A stretch of DNA of 64,000 nt from Minisyncoccia bacterium (GTDB lineage Bacteria > Patescibacteriota > Minisyncoccia > UBA6257 > 2-01-FULL-56-20). Location: assembly GCA_049997875.1 (NCBI GenBank), contig JBEKRC010000005.1, positions 1,679 to 65,678 of the forward strand, read 5' to 3'. Position 1 is the stretch's first letter; the number at the start of each line of letters is the position of its first letter. The notes below the pieces were generated by a model. That model did no database searches, had not been told where the DNA came from, and saw nothing but the letters and a program-made list of their open reading frames with translations. Positions 26,949 to 37,317 of the stretch are shown here, one piece after another. Position numbers and translations under genes: made by a program.

Positions 26949-27968
26949 TTACTGCTGTCGAGTTAGGGGTATTTTTTCTACTAGGCCGGATTTTTCTCCG
27001 AAACGGGCAGATTTTTCCAGAATCATTTGGTATATGATATCTTGCTTTGATTTCTCATCTAATTTATTGATGGCCGCTCCCTTCTCACTCATCACCCGAT
27101 AGATAACGGCGAGAACTTGCGCATACCTAGATGCCGCCTCGTATTTTTCCTTTGCTTGGGCATAGCGCAAGAACGATTCAAGTTGCACCTTGATCTCGGT
27201 AAGGAGTATGGCTTGGAAGGGATGCTCGGCGATTTCATCCCTCACTTTTGTGAATTCTTTAATCGCGCCCTGGACAGAAGCTGACCTTTCTTTTTCGCGA
27301 CGCCCCGCAGAGATAGTTTCTTTGAGACGTCGGAAGCGCAAAAGGAGCCCTGCAATGCTGTCAACTACCTCTTTGTCGGCGCCAACAACGACGCGGGGGA
27401 GCAGCGTGAGCGGTTCGCAGAGATTTTCTGACTTGAAGTATTTCACCGTCGAAAGCGATTCAGTGATGATAGAATTCGTCACGGCATCGAATTTTTCCTC
27501 CAAGTCCTTGTCGTTCCCCGTTGCGTCTATGCCCAGCGCGAGATGAAGAAATTTTCCCTCTTTCTCTTCCTCTTCTCTTTCAAATTCAACGATACCATCA
27601 ATGTGGTGGATGAAATCGTCGAAGCGAGAAGGAACAAAAAAATTTGCCCTCCCTCCCATCCAATCGCTCTCTGCAATCCCGTTGTTCACAATGGCTTCAA
27701 GGAGATCGTTCCGCTTTTTGGCAACGTGCATGGCTTCAGATCCACGTTCACGCGCAGCGAAGCGATCGGTCAATTTTTTGACAAGCGCTTTGTCATCGGT
27801 TATTTCGGATTGTTTATAGCCCGGAACGTTAAGAAAATCATCCAGGTTAACTGCCTTTGCCTTCATTTCCGGCACCAAAAAGTTATACAGCGCTTCTTGC
27901 ACGTCGCTCAGTGCTTCGCGGGATTCATTCCGAAAAAATACTTCTTCGGGGTTCTGGGGTTGTCTCAT
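26949..27968 (-). CDS. hypothetical protein, acidic
   Basis: About 340 aa. Start at Met15 (MRQPQNPEE) abuts the rpmB stop. Confidence 0.45.
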   Translation of the reverse strand: MRQPQNPEEVFFRNESREALSDVQEALYNFLVPEMKAKAVNLDDFLNVPGYKQSEITDDKALVKKLTDRFAARERGSEAMHVAKKRNDLLEAIVNNGIAESDWMGGRANFFVPSRFDDFIHHIDGIVEFEREEEEKEGKFLHLALGIDATGNDKDLEEKFDAVTNSIITESLSTVKYFKSENLCEPLTLLPRVVVGADKEVVDSIAGLLLRFRRLKETISAGRREKERSASVQGAIKEFTKVRDEIAEHPFQAILLTEIKVQLESFLRYAQAKEKYEAASRYAQVLAVIYRVMSEKGAAINKLDEKSKQDIIYQMILEKSARFGEKSGLVEKIPLTRQQ

Positions 27969-28162
27969 TTTGCCTTCGTCGCCTTGCCCTTGCTCTGCGT
28001 CTTCAGGCAATTTGTGCAGATGAGCTTCCGCACGCCGTTCACTTTGGCGTATTGCAAATTGGGGTACTTGCGGCTCCAGTTCACGGGGTTGTAGTGGCCG
28101 CGAAGCAGGCGGCGCGCGCCGCCCATTTGCGATCCTTTATGGCAGATGGCACATTGCCTCAT
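27965..28162 (-). CDS. rpmB: 50S ribosomal protein L28
   Basis: MRQCAICHKGSQMGGARRLLRGHYNPVNWSRKYPNLQYAKVNGVRKLICTNCLK. Zn-ribbon L28 pattern with the ...PNLQ... motif. Confidence 0.65.
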   Translation of the reverse strand: MRQCAICHKGSQMGGARRLLRGHYNPVNWSRKYPNLQYAKVNGVRKLICTNCLKTQSKGKATKAK

Positions 28163-28269
28163 GGCGATTATGATACGCGAAAATAGGACTTTTTGCAACT
28201 CCGCATTGTCGCTTGTTGGGCACCGCACGGGCACGGGGCGTAACGCAGGGAACCGGTCGTCGTCGCGCG

Positions 28270-28761
28270 CTACTCCGCCTTCACATTCAGTTTTTTTGAC
28301 TTCTTCTTGTTCACTTTTGGCAGGTGTACGGTGAGGATGCCGTTCTTGAAATTTACACTCGCGCCCTCCGGGTCAACTTCCTGGGGAAGGATGATGGAGC
28401 GCGTGAACCGGCCCCAGTAGCATTCTTGATACAGATAATCCTCGCTCTCGGCGCTTTGCACGCGCTCGCGCGTGCCGCGGATAGTAATGGAATCGGGCGT
28501 CGCGCTCACGTCAATATCCTCCGGTTTCACGCCCGCGATCGCGGATTCAACCACGATCTCCGAGGGCGTCTGATACACGTCTACGGTGAGCTGCCCTTCC
28601 GGTTCGTTCGCGGGCTCCGGTTTCGGCCGCGCCGTCTTTGGCCGCGCGGCAAGTACGCTCGCGTCGGCTTTTGCGAGCTCAACCTCGTAGCGCGCGTCGG
28701 CGTCCGACTTCGCGCCCGCAAGTGTTTCAAAAAATTTTTCGTCTTGTACGTCCATGATCAT
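28270..28761 (-). CDS. Hsp20/alpha-crystallin family small heat-shock protein
   Basis: Alpha-crystallin domain ...YWGRFTRSIILPQEVDPEGASVNFKNGILTVHLPK. Confidence 0.8.
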   Translation of the reverse strand: MIMDVQDEKFFETLAGAKSDADARYEVELAKADASVLAARPKTARPKPEPANEPEGQLTVDVYQTPSEIVVESAIAGVKPEDIDVSATPDSITIRGTRERVQSAESEDYLYQECYWGRFTRSIILPQEVDPEGASVNFKNGILTVHLPKVNKKKSKKLNVKAE

Positions 28762-29447
28762 GCGGGCAATACTTTCAGTTTCTCAAAATCGTTCAGTACG
28801 AAGAAGCCGACGATGAGAAGAAATACAACTACATACGTGATATCCCCGTAATTCAGTATAAGATAGTTGAAAAATGTGTGCAAGGCAGTAGCGATCACAA
28901 AACCAATCGTAAGATTCCGCCCCACCTTCTTCCGTGCAATGCCGAGTGCCCAGTGGTATCCCACGATGCCCGACGTGAGCGAGTGGAGAAGGGTGGCGCC
29001 TACGAACCGGAGCGAGGAAGCTTCAAAGAACGCACCAACAAACGCTGCCTGCGAAGTCATGAAAGAAGTATTGGAAATCGCGCCGATGTTTTCCAGCGTT
29101 GCGAATCCCATCGCGGCCACGACCATGTAGAGCATCCGCTCCACCGGTTCGTCAAGCAGGGGACTTTTTCCGACTGCGAAATACGCCGCGCCGAACTTCA
29201 TTACTTCTTCAATGAGCGCGAGTCCGGCGAGCGAAATGAGGGAAAGCCCCTCAATGCCCCATTGTCCTTCGGCGTGGCTGAACATCTGTTCGGTAACGAT
29301 CGCGAAGAATCCGAACGCGATGCCGCACACGAACGTAAGGACGATCAGGCGCTTAGGCTCGGGATGGGGCTCTTCGGTGAAATAAAACATGAGCCACGCG
29401 AATCCGGGCAGGAGTCCGAACACGAGTGTGGCGACGAGGAGGGGCAT
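28758..29447 (-). CDS. PrsW-family intramembrane metalloprotease
   Basis: Multi-TM protein with EEVMKF (E-E-x-x-K), FATLEN and HTFFNY motifs. Confidence 0.6.
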   Translation of the reverse strand: MPLLVATLVFGLLPGFAWLMFYFTEEPHPEPKRLIVLTFVCGIAFGFFAIVTEQMFSHAEGQWGIEGLSLISLAGLALIEEVMKFGAAYFAVGKSPLLDEPVERMLYMVVAAMGFATLENIGAISNTSFMTSQAAFVGAFFEASSLRFVGATLLHSLTSGIVGYHWALGIARKKVGRNLTIGFVIATALHTFFNYLILNYGDITYVVVFLLIVGFFVLNDFEKLKVLPA

Positions 29448-29456
29448 TATTTTATT

Positions 29457-32042
29457 TTACCACCTCGTGACCATCAGCATTTTCCCCGGGCAGAATATGT
29501 CGTAGATTTCTTCGGTGACGAACGGCATAAATGGGTGGAGTATTTTAAGAGATTCCAAAAGAAGATGTTCAAGAAGGGCGTAGCTTGCCGCTTTTTCTTC
29601 GGCGCTCCCGTCGCGGAGCTTATCCTTTTCTGCTTCCACGATCTTGTCCGCAAGCGTGTGCCAGACGTAGTGATAAAGCTTTTCGGCGGCGAGGTGGAAA
29701 TCAAAGTGCTCTAGGTGCGCCGTCACTTCTTTTTTGAGCGCGGCGAGCTCCTTTATTTCTTTGCGCTTCGCGAGTGCGGACTTATCCGCGCGCGCGGCGG
29801 CGCTCGCGGTGCCTATTTCCGCGGGTTTGTTCATATTGATAAACCGCGCGATGTTCCAGATTTTCGTGGAGAAGTTCCGGTAGCCCTTCACTTTTTGCTC
29901 GTCAAACGTGACGTCGTTGCCCGATGCCGCGCCCGCGACGAGTGCCATGCGCAGGGCATCCGCGCCGTATTTATCGGCGAGCTCCAGTGGGTCCACGCCG
30001 TTGCCGAGCGATTTGCTGAACTTGCGGCGTTGTTCGTCACGCACGATACCGTGGAGATAGACCGTCCGGAAGGGGATCTGCCCGAGGAGCGATCCGCTCA
30101 TCAAAATCATGCGTGCGACCCAGAGGAAGAGAATCTCATAGCCAGGTCCCATAAAAGAAGTGGGATGATATGTTTTGAGATCTTTGGTTTCCTCTGGCCA
30201 GCCAAGCGTGCTGAATGTCCACATTGCGGACGAGAACCACGTGTCAAACGTGTCTTCGTCCTGCACAAGCTTCACGCCGCCGCACGCCGGACATTTTTTC
30301 GGCGGCTCGTTGCCCGTGGAAATATTTCCACATCCCTCCGCCGCATCCTTTTTCGTGAACGGATGAAATTCGTATGCATACAGATATGCCGCTGATTTCG
30401 ATGTGACCGTTTTTTCCGGATTCCTCAATTTGAAGGCCGCTATTAATTCCTCAAGGCTCTCATAAGTTTTGTAATGGGTCTTGTCGCGGTAGTCAATTTT
30501 TTCCACCGTTGTTTTCTCCACTTCGGTTATGATGCCGTAGCCGAACAATGTCTTGGTCTCTGAGTTTTCAAAAAGGACTTTGTCTCCCGCCTTAAAGCCG
30601 TAATCTTTCAATCTATACGTTTTTGTTTTTCCGTCAAAAACCTGCGGCACTACCTCTTCGTGCCATCCCATTTTCGGCTGGTCCGCCCTCGCCGCACTGC
30701 CGCAGTACCATGCAGGGATGCGGTGTCCGAACCAGATTTGCCGCGAAACGCACCAGTCGCGGAGATTGTCTATCCAGTGGAAATAGATCTTCTCAAAGCG
30801 CTCTGGGAGAATCGTGATCTCGCCGCTCTGAACGACGTGCCGCATGATCTCTTTGAGCGTGGTGGTTGCGCAACTTTTTATTCCTTTCAGTTCCGAATGG
30901 GGGATTGTGAACTGCTTATTTGCCGCCACGAACCATTGCTTCAGGATCTGGGGCTCAATGATGCCGCCGCCGCGGCTGTTCGTCGCCACGCGGTGAACGT
31001 AGTGCTCGTCCACCTTCGCGAGAAGCCCCTTCTGCCGCAATTTTTCCACGATGAGCGGCCGCGCTTTTTTGATATGCATGCCGGCGAACTCGCCCGCGAT
31101 GGGAAGAAGCTTCCCGTGGAGATCAATGATCTGTTCCCTGTCCAGCCCGTGCCGCTCGGCGATGTCAAAGTCCACCGCGTCGTGCCATGGCGTGATCGTC
31201 ATCACGCCCGTGCCGAACGCCATGTCTATGGAAGGGTCCTTCACGACCGTCGCGGTAACCGGCCCGTTGATCCATTCCAGTTCCAGTTTCTCTCCGTGCC
31301 GGTACTTCGCGTAGCGCTTATCGTCCGGATGCATTACGACGTACTTGTCGCCGAATTTTGTTTCCGGCCGGGCCGTCGCGATCGCGAACGGGCCGTATTT
31401 AAGGTAATAGAAGGGCTCTGTCTTTTCCACCCATTCCACCTCGTCGTCGGAAACAGTTGTTTGAAGTTCAGGATCCCAGTTCACAATGCGTCCGCCGCGA
31501 TACACGAGCCCAAGATCGTACAATCGCTTAAACGCGGTGCGCACGGCAAGGTTCCTTGCTTCATCAAGCGTGTAGGCCTCGCGGCTCCAATCAAGCGACG
31601 CGCCCAACCGCTTCACCTGGCGGACGATCGTATCGTGGGAGGCCTTGGCGAACGCATCCACCCGCTTCAAAAATTCTTCACGCCCGAGGTCGTGACGCGT
31701 TTTTTTCTCTTTCTTATATATTTCTTTCTCTACCTTCGCCTGTGTTGCGATTGCGGCATGGTCTGTGCCGGGGATCCAAAGTGTCCGCTTTCCCTTCATC
31801 CGTTCGTAGCGGATAACGATGTCCTGAATGGTGTCCTCAAACGCGTGGCCGATGTGCAGCGTCCCCGTCACGTTCGGCGGCGGCAGGACCACGCAAAATG
31901 GCTCCGCGTCGTTTTTTGTAACGCCCTTCGCGACGCACTCATCCGGATTGAAATACCCGGACCTTTCCCAGCGCTCGTAAATTTTTGACTCAACTTCTTT
32001 TATGTCGTAGCGCGGTTCCATGGAGCTCAATAATCCCATCAT
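29457..32042 (-). CDS. valS: valyl-tRNA synthetase
   Basis: HIGH motif PPPNVTGTLHIGHAFED, KMSKS motif KFSKSLGN, and editing and anticodon-binding regions. 861 aa. Confidence 0.9.
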   Translation of the reverse strand: MMGLLSSMEPRYDIKEVESKIYERWERSGYFNPDECVAKGVTKNDAEPFCVVLPPPNVTGTLHIGHAFEDTIQDIVIRYERMKGKRTLWIPGTDHAAIATQAKVEKEIYKKEKKTRHDLGREEFLKRVDAFAKASHDTIVRQVKRLGASLDWSREAYTLDEARNLAVRTAFKRLYDLGLVYRGGRIVNWDPELQTTVSDDEVEWVEKTEPFYYLKYGPFAIATARPETKFGDKYVVMHPDDKRYAKYRHGEKLELEWINGPVTATVVKDPSIDMAFGTGVMTITPWHDAVDFDIAERHGLDREQIIDLHGKLLPIAGEFAGMHIKKARPLIVEKLRQKGLLAKVDEHYVHRVATNSRGGGIIEPQILKQWFVAANKQFTIPHSELKGIKSCATTTLKEIMRHVVQSGEITILPERFEKIYFHWIDNLRDWCVSRQIWFGHRIPAWYCGSAARADQPKMGWHEEVVPQVFDGKTKTYRLKDYGFKAGDKVLFENSETKTLFGYGIITEVEKTTVEKIDYRDKTHYKTYESLEELIAAFKLRNPEKTVTSKSAAYLYAYEFHPFTKKDAAEGCGNISTGNEPPKKCPACGGVKLVQDEDTFDTWFSSAMWTFSTLGWPEETKDLKTYHPTSFMGPGYEILFLWVARMILMSGSLLGQIPFRTVYLHGIVRDEQRRKFSKSLGNGVDPLELADKYGADALRMALVAGAASGNDVTFDEQKVKGYRNFSTKIWNIARFINMNKPAEIGTASAAARADKSALAKRKEIKELAALKKEVTAHLEHFDFHLAAEKLYHYVWHTLADKIVEAEKDKLRDGSAEEKAASYALLEHLLLESLKILHPFMPFVTEEIYDIFCPGKMLMVTRW

Positions 32043-32093
32043 ACGCGATTTTCTCCTGTTTTTGAAGGCATATATAGTGTTGCCGCCCGAACT

Positions 32094-32519
32094 CTATGGA
32101 GAGCCCGGGCGGGTGAATTTGCGGATGAATTTATCATGGACCACAAGCATGATCTTACCTATTCCTGCGCCCATAACTGCCCAGGTGCCGGTTTGTAGGT
32201 CTTGCCACAGGTACGACCAAAAAATAATAACCAGAAGCCACGCATTGCTGAGCACTCGGTCCGTTCCCCAATATTCTGAACTGACCGAAATAAACAGTGT
32301 CGTGAGTGCTACTGCGTCAGCCGGAAGTGTTCGCGACACGTTGAATAGTCGTAGTATCCAGACAAGTGGCCCGATTAGGCAGAGACTGGAGAGACCCAGT
32401 GCGGCACCCAGGGCCGAAAAGACCAAGAGATTAGACCATTCCTTGTGCCACCATTTCTGCAAACGATGGCTGGAAACGTGCAAGCGTCGGAAAGTCCGCC
32501 AACCCTTTTTCTTTTGCAT
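32094..32519 (-). CDS. hypothetical small membrane protein
   Basis: 141-aa ORF with about 4 hydrophobic helices in a lower-GC stretch upstream of valS. The coding strand is uncertain. Confidence 0.3.
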   Translation of the reverse strand: MQKKKGWRTFRRLHVSSHRLQKWWHKEWSNLLVFSALGAALGLSSLCLIGPLVWILRLFNVSRTLPADAVALTTLFISVSSEYWGTDRVLSNAWLLVIIFWSYLWQDLQTGTWAVMGAGIGKIMLVVHDKFIRKFTRPGSP

Positions 32520-32578
32520 AAATCCCCCTCTACCTGTTTTGTAAGCCAGGGTTTCAACATTGTCAATCTACCGCCGGC

Positions 32579-33712
32579 CTACCGCACTGATTGGAGATAT
32601 GCGACGAGTGAATTCCACGCGTCGTGCACGGCGGGGAAGAGTGCGACCGCAGTATAGATGAAGAGGACGAGGAAGATCAGCGTGAAGAGCCCGCTCTCAT
32701 GACGATGGTAGTAATAGCCGTGATGGGCATGGTAGCGAGCATCGTGGATGAGATGCCGGAAGGGGAGCGAGACGAGCCAGAAAAGCGCGATAAGAAACAC
32801 AACGGAAACCCAGAGCGGATGTCCGGCGCCCAAGGGATGTCCGAAGACCATACTGTGGAGAACGAGCGACCAGAGTGCGACAACGAATAGCACAAAGAAC
32901 GTAACGCTCACGATCGCTCCGATGAGCGTGCCGAATCCCCCGCCGCACGCATCGCAGCCGTGATGCTCCGCGTACGCTTCCTCGCGCCGCATTGCCCGTT
33001 CCTTCCGCCGTTCGTCCCGCCACGCATGGCGCTTCGCGCGCATCTCATATTTCCACGCCCGCACTTTTTGTTTCCATTCCTGCTTGCTCTCGTCCGGATT
33101 GGTTTTATATTTATCGTATTCCACCCGCGCCCGGTCAATAAAATCCTGCGCGGTAAGCGGCAGTTCGCCGTGCGCCTGTGCGATCTCATCTTCCGTGTGC
33201 GCGATAGGCATCACGAGCGCGAGGACAATATATGCGACGATCCACCCCCCGCCTGTAAATATAGCGAGCAGCACAAAAAGCACGCGGACGAGCGTAACGT
33301 CAATGTTAAAGTACGCCGCGAGGCCCGCGCAGACGCCTTTCAGCATTGATCCCTCAAAGATGCGATAGAGCCGCTTCGGCGCCGCGGATTTTTTTTGAGC
33401 GCCGGACGCGGCTGCGCCTGCGCCCGTACCCGTGCTTGCTCCCGCAGCGCCCGCGTGCGTTCCCGTGACGGGTCCCATCTTCGCGATAATCTCTTCAACC
33501 TCTTTTTCCGTGACTATGTTTTTCCCACCGCGCAAATAGCTTTCGCACTTGTCCGCAATCGCCTGTTCAAAATCCGCCACGATCTCATCCTTGTCCGGAT
33601 TGTCTTTAAGCGCCGTGGCAGCATGGTCAAGGTATTTCCGCAAAGCTTCATAACCCGCCTCTTCCAGCTGGTAGGCTCTTCCATTCAGATTAATTGTGAT
33701 CACTTTGTTCAT
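32579..33712 (-). CDS. PspC-domain membrane protein
   Basis: RLYRIFEGSMLKGVCAGLAAYFNIDVTLVRVLFVLLAIF is a PspC domain. Further TM helices follow. The start overlaps the padR stop by 4 nt. Confidence 0.65.
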   Translation of the reverse strand: MNKVITINLNGRAYQLEEAGYEALRKYLDHAATALKDNPDKDEIVADFEQAIADKCESYLRGGKNIVTEKEVEEIIAKMGPVTGTHAGAAGASTGTGAGAAASGAQKKSAAPKRLYRIFEGSMLKGVCAGLAAYFNIDVTLVRVLFVLLAIFTGGGWIVAYIVLALVMPIAHTEDEIAQAHGELPLTAQDFIDRARVEYDKYKTNPDESKQEWKQKVRAWKYEMRAKRHAWRDERRKERAMRREEAYAEHHGCDACGGGFGTLIGAIVSVTFFVLFVVALWSLVLHSMVFGHPLGAGHPLWVSVVFLIALFWLVSLPFRHLIHDARYHAHHGYYYHRHESGLFTLIFLVLFIYTAVALFPAVHDAWNSLVAYLQSVR

Positions 33713-34071
33713 TTTTTTGTTTTGATCTGTTTTGCGCCGACTTTTTTGATGAATTTGTCCAGGATTTCCCAATATGCTTCCAATTCCTCAAGCTGCTCCT
33801 TGCCCCCGTCCGTGAGGCGGTAATATTTTCGCGGCGGTCCCGCAGCGGATTCCACCCACTCGTAGTCCACGCTTCCTTCGCGCCGGAGCTCGCTCAAAAG
33901 GGGATAGAGCGTGCCCTCCTGCGTTTCAAACTCGGAGTCCGCGAGGAGCTGCAGAATATCCGCGGCATAGACCTTGTGCGCCCCGATGATCTTTAAGACC
34001 ACGAGTTCAAGAAGACCCTTCCGTATCGGAGTGAATTTGTCTTTAACTTTCGGCGCCTTTTCCGTCGGCAT
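33709..34071 (-). CDS. PadR-family transcriptional regulator
   Basis: LLELVVLKIIGAHKVYAADILQLLADSEFETQEGTLYPLLSELRREGSVDYEW. Confidence 0.8.
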   Translation of the reverse strand: MPTEKAPKVKDKFTPIRKGLLELVVLKIIGAHKVYAADILQLLADSEFETQEGTLYPLLSELRREGSVDYEWVESAAGPPRKYYRLTDGGKEQLEELEAYWEILDKFIKKVGAKQIKTKK

Positions 34072-34168
34072 AGTCCCATTGTAGCAAGCTACCTTGTTGT
34101 GTCAAGGTACTACCTGTGGATAGCACAGAGTGGGGCGTAGTGTGCTATACTCAACCCTACAACTGAAC

Positions 34169-34318
34169 AGATTATCTTGAGCGTGGCGAGGGAACTGGCC
34201 CAATGACCCACCGACAACCCCCGGCAATGCGCAATGGCGCGGCGACGAAAAGGTGTCACATCCAGCCCGCAAGGGAAAGATAAAGGTCGCAACGCTTTTC
34301 TTTCGGGAGGGGCGTTTT
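34169..34318 (+). promoter_or_regulatory. SAM-I (S-box) riboswitch with terminator-type expression platform, upstream of metK
   Basis: UUAUCUUGAGCGUGGCGAGGGAACUGGCCCAAUGACCCACCGACAACC...AAAAGGUGUCACAUCCAGC...AAGAUAA matches the S-box core (GAGGGA, UGGCCC, AUGA, GCAACC-like, AAGGUGC..AUCC.GC) and has a complementary P1 strand. A hairpin plus U-run follows at 34290-34318. An extended -10 TGcTATACT lies at 34142-34150. Confidence 0.6.
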
Positions 34319-34365
34319 TATTCTGTTCGGTTGAAAATAATTAAATAAAAATAAAATCAATAATA

Positions 34366-35349
34366 ATGAGCACGATCATAAAAACCGCAGAGTTCGTTTC
34401 GCCAAAACATCCGGACAAGGCCTGCGACCAGATCGCAGATGCGCTCCTGGACGCCTACCTCGCAGGCGACAAGCCGGGCAGACCGCGGAGCCGCGTGGCG
34501 GTTGAGGTGATGGGCGGCCACGGGCACATCACGATCTCGGGCGAGGTGACGAGCGGGACGCAGGTAGACATCCCGAAAGTGGTGAAGGGCCTCGTGGGAG
34601 AGGAATATGCCGTGCACCCGTACCTCACGAGGCAAAGCCCGCAGATCGCGCATGGCGTGGACACGGGCGGTGCGGGAGACCAGGGGATTATGATGGGCTA
34701 CGCGACGCGCGAAACGGAAAATTTCATGCCGGTGGAATACGAACTTGCGCGGAAATTGTGCCGGCAGATTTACGAAAAATATCCGTACGACGGGAAAACG
34801 CAGGTGACGGTGGAATGGCCGAACGGCGCGGGGAACGGAAAGCCAAAGGTGAGCACGGTCGTCGCGAGCTTCCAAAACACGAAATCGCCCGAGCTTGAAA
34901 AGTTCGTGCGTGGGATCGTTGCCGCGGACGAATATTTGATAAATCCCGCGGGCGAGTGGACGCTTGGCAGCTTTGATGCGGACTCTGGGCTTTCCGGCCG
35001 GAAGATCGTAATAGACAACTACGGGCCGGAGATTGGCGTGGGCGGCGGTTCGTTCTCAGGGAAGGATTACACGAAGGTGGACCGGTCGGGCGCGTACATG
35101 ACGCGGCGAATCGCGGTGGATTATCTAAAGAGCCATCCCGCGGCGAAGACCGCGCGCGCGAAGCTCGCCTACGCGATCGGAAAGGCTGAGCCCGTGATGG
35201 CGGTCGTAGAGGTGAATGGCGAAGAGTTCCCGATAGAAGGATACGATCTTACGCCGAAAGGAATTTTCGCGTTCCTGAAATTGAGCGAAGTGAAATGGAT
35301 AGAGACGGCCGCATGGGGCCACTTCGGGCGGGAATTCAGCTGGGGGTAG
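34366..35349 (+). CDS. metK: S-adenosylmethionine synthetase (short form)
   Basis: KHPDKACDQIADALLDAYL and GGAGDQGIMMGYA motifs. Confidence 0.85.
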   Translation: MSTIIKTAEFVSPKHPDKACDQIADALLDAYLAGDKPGRPRSRVAVEVMGGHGHITISGEVTSGTQVDIPKVVKGLVGEEYAVHPYLTRQSPQIAHGVDTGGAGDQGIMMGYATRETENFMPVEYELARKLCRQIYEKYPYDGKTQVTVEWPNGAGNGKPKVSTVVASFQNTKSPELEKFVRGIVAADEYLINPAGEWTLGSFDADSGLSGRKIVIDNYGPEIGVGGGSFSGKDYTKVDRSGAYMTRRIAVDYLKSHPAAKTARAKLAYAIGKAEPVMAVVEVNGEEFPIEGYDLTPKGIFAFLKLSEVKWIETAAWGHFGREFSWG

Positions 35350-35359
35350 GAACCGCGCG

Positions 35360-35836
35360 CTAGTTCAGCGTCCAGACGGCGTAATTCAGATATCCGGCAA
35401 AGCTGACCCAGAGGATATAGGGCAGAAGAAGATATGCGGCCGCGGGAGAGATTTTATAGAACGTAATAATAGTGGCGAGGATCGCGAGCCAGAGAAGAAC
35501 GATGTCCGCGAATGCACCCGCGGGATTGTGGGCGCCGAAAAATATCACTGACCACGCCACATTCAAGAGCAGTTGAATGCCGAAAATGATGAGCGCAGTC
35601 CGCACATCTTTTTGCGAAAGGCCCTTTCGCCACACAAGGAACGCCGCGATGCCCATTAAAAAATAGAGCGTTGTCCAGACGGGACCAAAGATCCAGTTCG
35701 GCGGATTGAGCGCGGGCTTTATAAGCCCCGCGTACCAGCCGGGAATGGCGGAGAGGGTGAAGAGCGCGCCCGCGCCGCCCGCGAGTTCGCAGATGATGAT
35801 TGCGAGAACCAAGAGGGGGATTTCGCTTGTTGCCAT
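35360..35836 (-). CDS. tspO: TspO/MBR family tryptophan-rich sensory protein
   Basis: PGWYAGLIKPALNPPNWIFGPVWTTLYFLMGIAAFLVW plus 5 TM helices. Confidence 0.7.
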   Translation of the reverse strand: MATSEIPLLVLAIIICELAGGAGALFTLSAIPGWYAGLIKPALNPPNWIFGPVWTTLYFLMGIAAFLVWRKGLSQKDVRTALIIFGIQLLLNVAWSVIFFGAHNPAGAFADIVLLWLAILATIITFYKISPAAAYLLLPYILWVSFAGYLNYAVWTLN

Positions 35837-35986
35837 ATCACAATTGTAATCCAAAGCCCGTTGGCCAGCATCTTTCTGGGCGGCAGCTTGACAATTTGAT
35901 GAAAATATAATACGATTCTGGTCGGAATTCAGCACTACAATTCAATTGTCTGGAGCCCTAAGCTCTGAGACCGAAAGGACGTACGT

Positions 35987-37225
35987 ATGAACTATGGTTA
36001 CCAGTGGTACAGTCTACCCCGCGATGATGACGCCGATGCCATCTATGGTGGGCTCTGCAGCTTGTTCCTCATCGCGGTGATTGCCAGCGCTGCCAAGTAT
36101 GGTCCGTGGCCCATGAATCTTGGGTGTGGGCTTTATTTAGCAGGGATGGTCGGCTACGTAGCGTTCGTAATGTGGATCGGGCCCCGCCGCGATCCGGAGA
36201 CCACCATGTTCCGGGAGTTCGCATATTTCTGGCGGAACGCGGGATTGTTGAAATTAACCGGTTGGCCGGCTTTTCTTCTCGGAGATTTGATTTCGCCGCA
36301 ATCCGAGCGGGGCGTTTTCATCTCGATGACCGCCAGTGGTTTGCGGAGAAAAAGCCACACCATCCACGCGAATACGGCATATGAAATCGGCTGCGACGAC
36401 GCACGGAGGTTCGACGGGCATTGCGATTCCGTCGCGCTCGCCGCGAATCGCATTTCCGACACCGCTGTGGATCTTTCCGCGGCGGCATGCCGGACGACGG
36501 CGCTCACTGCAGCCCTCGCCGGTGCCACGAATGCGGCGCTCGCGCAAACCCCTGGCGGCACCACGGTCGTTGTCACCACCAAGTTTCTGAACGGCTACGA
36601 CCGAAAGAACGACAACATGGTGCACGACGGCCCCGTGGTCCAATCGGACGTTCTCGTGACCTTCGGGAACGGCGCCTTCTTCGATCTCTGGGGTTCGACC
36701 GGCCTGGACTTCAGGCCGAACGGAGGAAGGGAGATCGATTGGACGGTCGGCTGGGGAGGAAAGCACATCTCCGCCGGGCTCACATACTTCGATCTCGCAC
36801 CGCTGTTCTCGCGCGGAGGGAACGGAGATATGTTCTTTCCGTTCTTCGAGACGAGAAAGAAGTATTCCTTCCGCGATTCGCACCACGCACTCACCCCGTT
36901 CTTCATCGCGGAGGGGGTAATACTAACAAAAGGCACGTCCCGCAACTCCGGCGCTTTCATCTCCGGCGGGTTACGCCACCGATGGACGATCTCAAAGCGG
37001 GTCGCGTTCGGCGAGGAGTGGAAGACGCTCCTTGATACGGGCGTATTCAGACGGAACCGCGGATTGGTGCCGAGCTGGTCCGCCAGCCTGGACGTGAAGC
37101 TCGGGAAGCGCATCACACTCACGCCGGCGAGTGTCCGGCTGATCGGTCCGGGACCCTGGATCCATGACCAACGAAAGTTTCATGCCGTACTTGGCTTCGG
37201 CATGAGCACCCGTTTTGGTCCCTAG
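35987..37225 (+). CDS. hypothetical protein; real coding status uncertain
   Basis: 412-aa ORF in a GC-rich segment with overlapping ORFs in other frames. The C-terminal half has alternating beta-strand-like pattern. Confidence 0.3.
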   Translation: MNYGYQWYSLPRDDDADAIYGGLCSLFLIAVIASAAKYGPWPMNLGCGLYLAGMVGYVAFVMWIGPRRDPETTMFREFAYFWRNAGLLKLTGWPAFLLGDLISPQSERGVFISMTASGLRRKSHTIHANTAYEIGCDDARRFDGHCDSVALAANRISDTAVDLSAAACRTTALTAALAGATNAALAQTPGGTTVVVTTKFLNGYDRKNDNMVHDGPVVQSDVLVTFGNGAFFDLWGSTGLDFRPNGGREIDWTVGWGGKHISAGLTYFDLAPLFSRGGNGDMFFPFFETRKKYSFRDSHHALTPFFIAEGVILTKGTSRNSGAFISGGLRHRWTISKRVAFGEEWKTLLDTGVFRRNRGLVPSWSASLDVKLGKRITLTPASVRLIGPGPWIHDQRKFHAVLGFGMSTRFGP

Positions 37226-37317
37226 CAGTTCGACACAGTACAAGCCAAAAGTGGAGGCCCAAGCTCAATTAATGCAAGCGAGCGAGGGCCTCTATATTTT
37301 TGTTGTATACTGACCAT

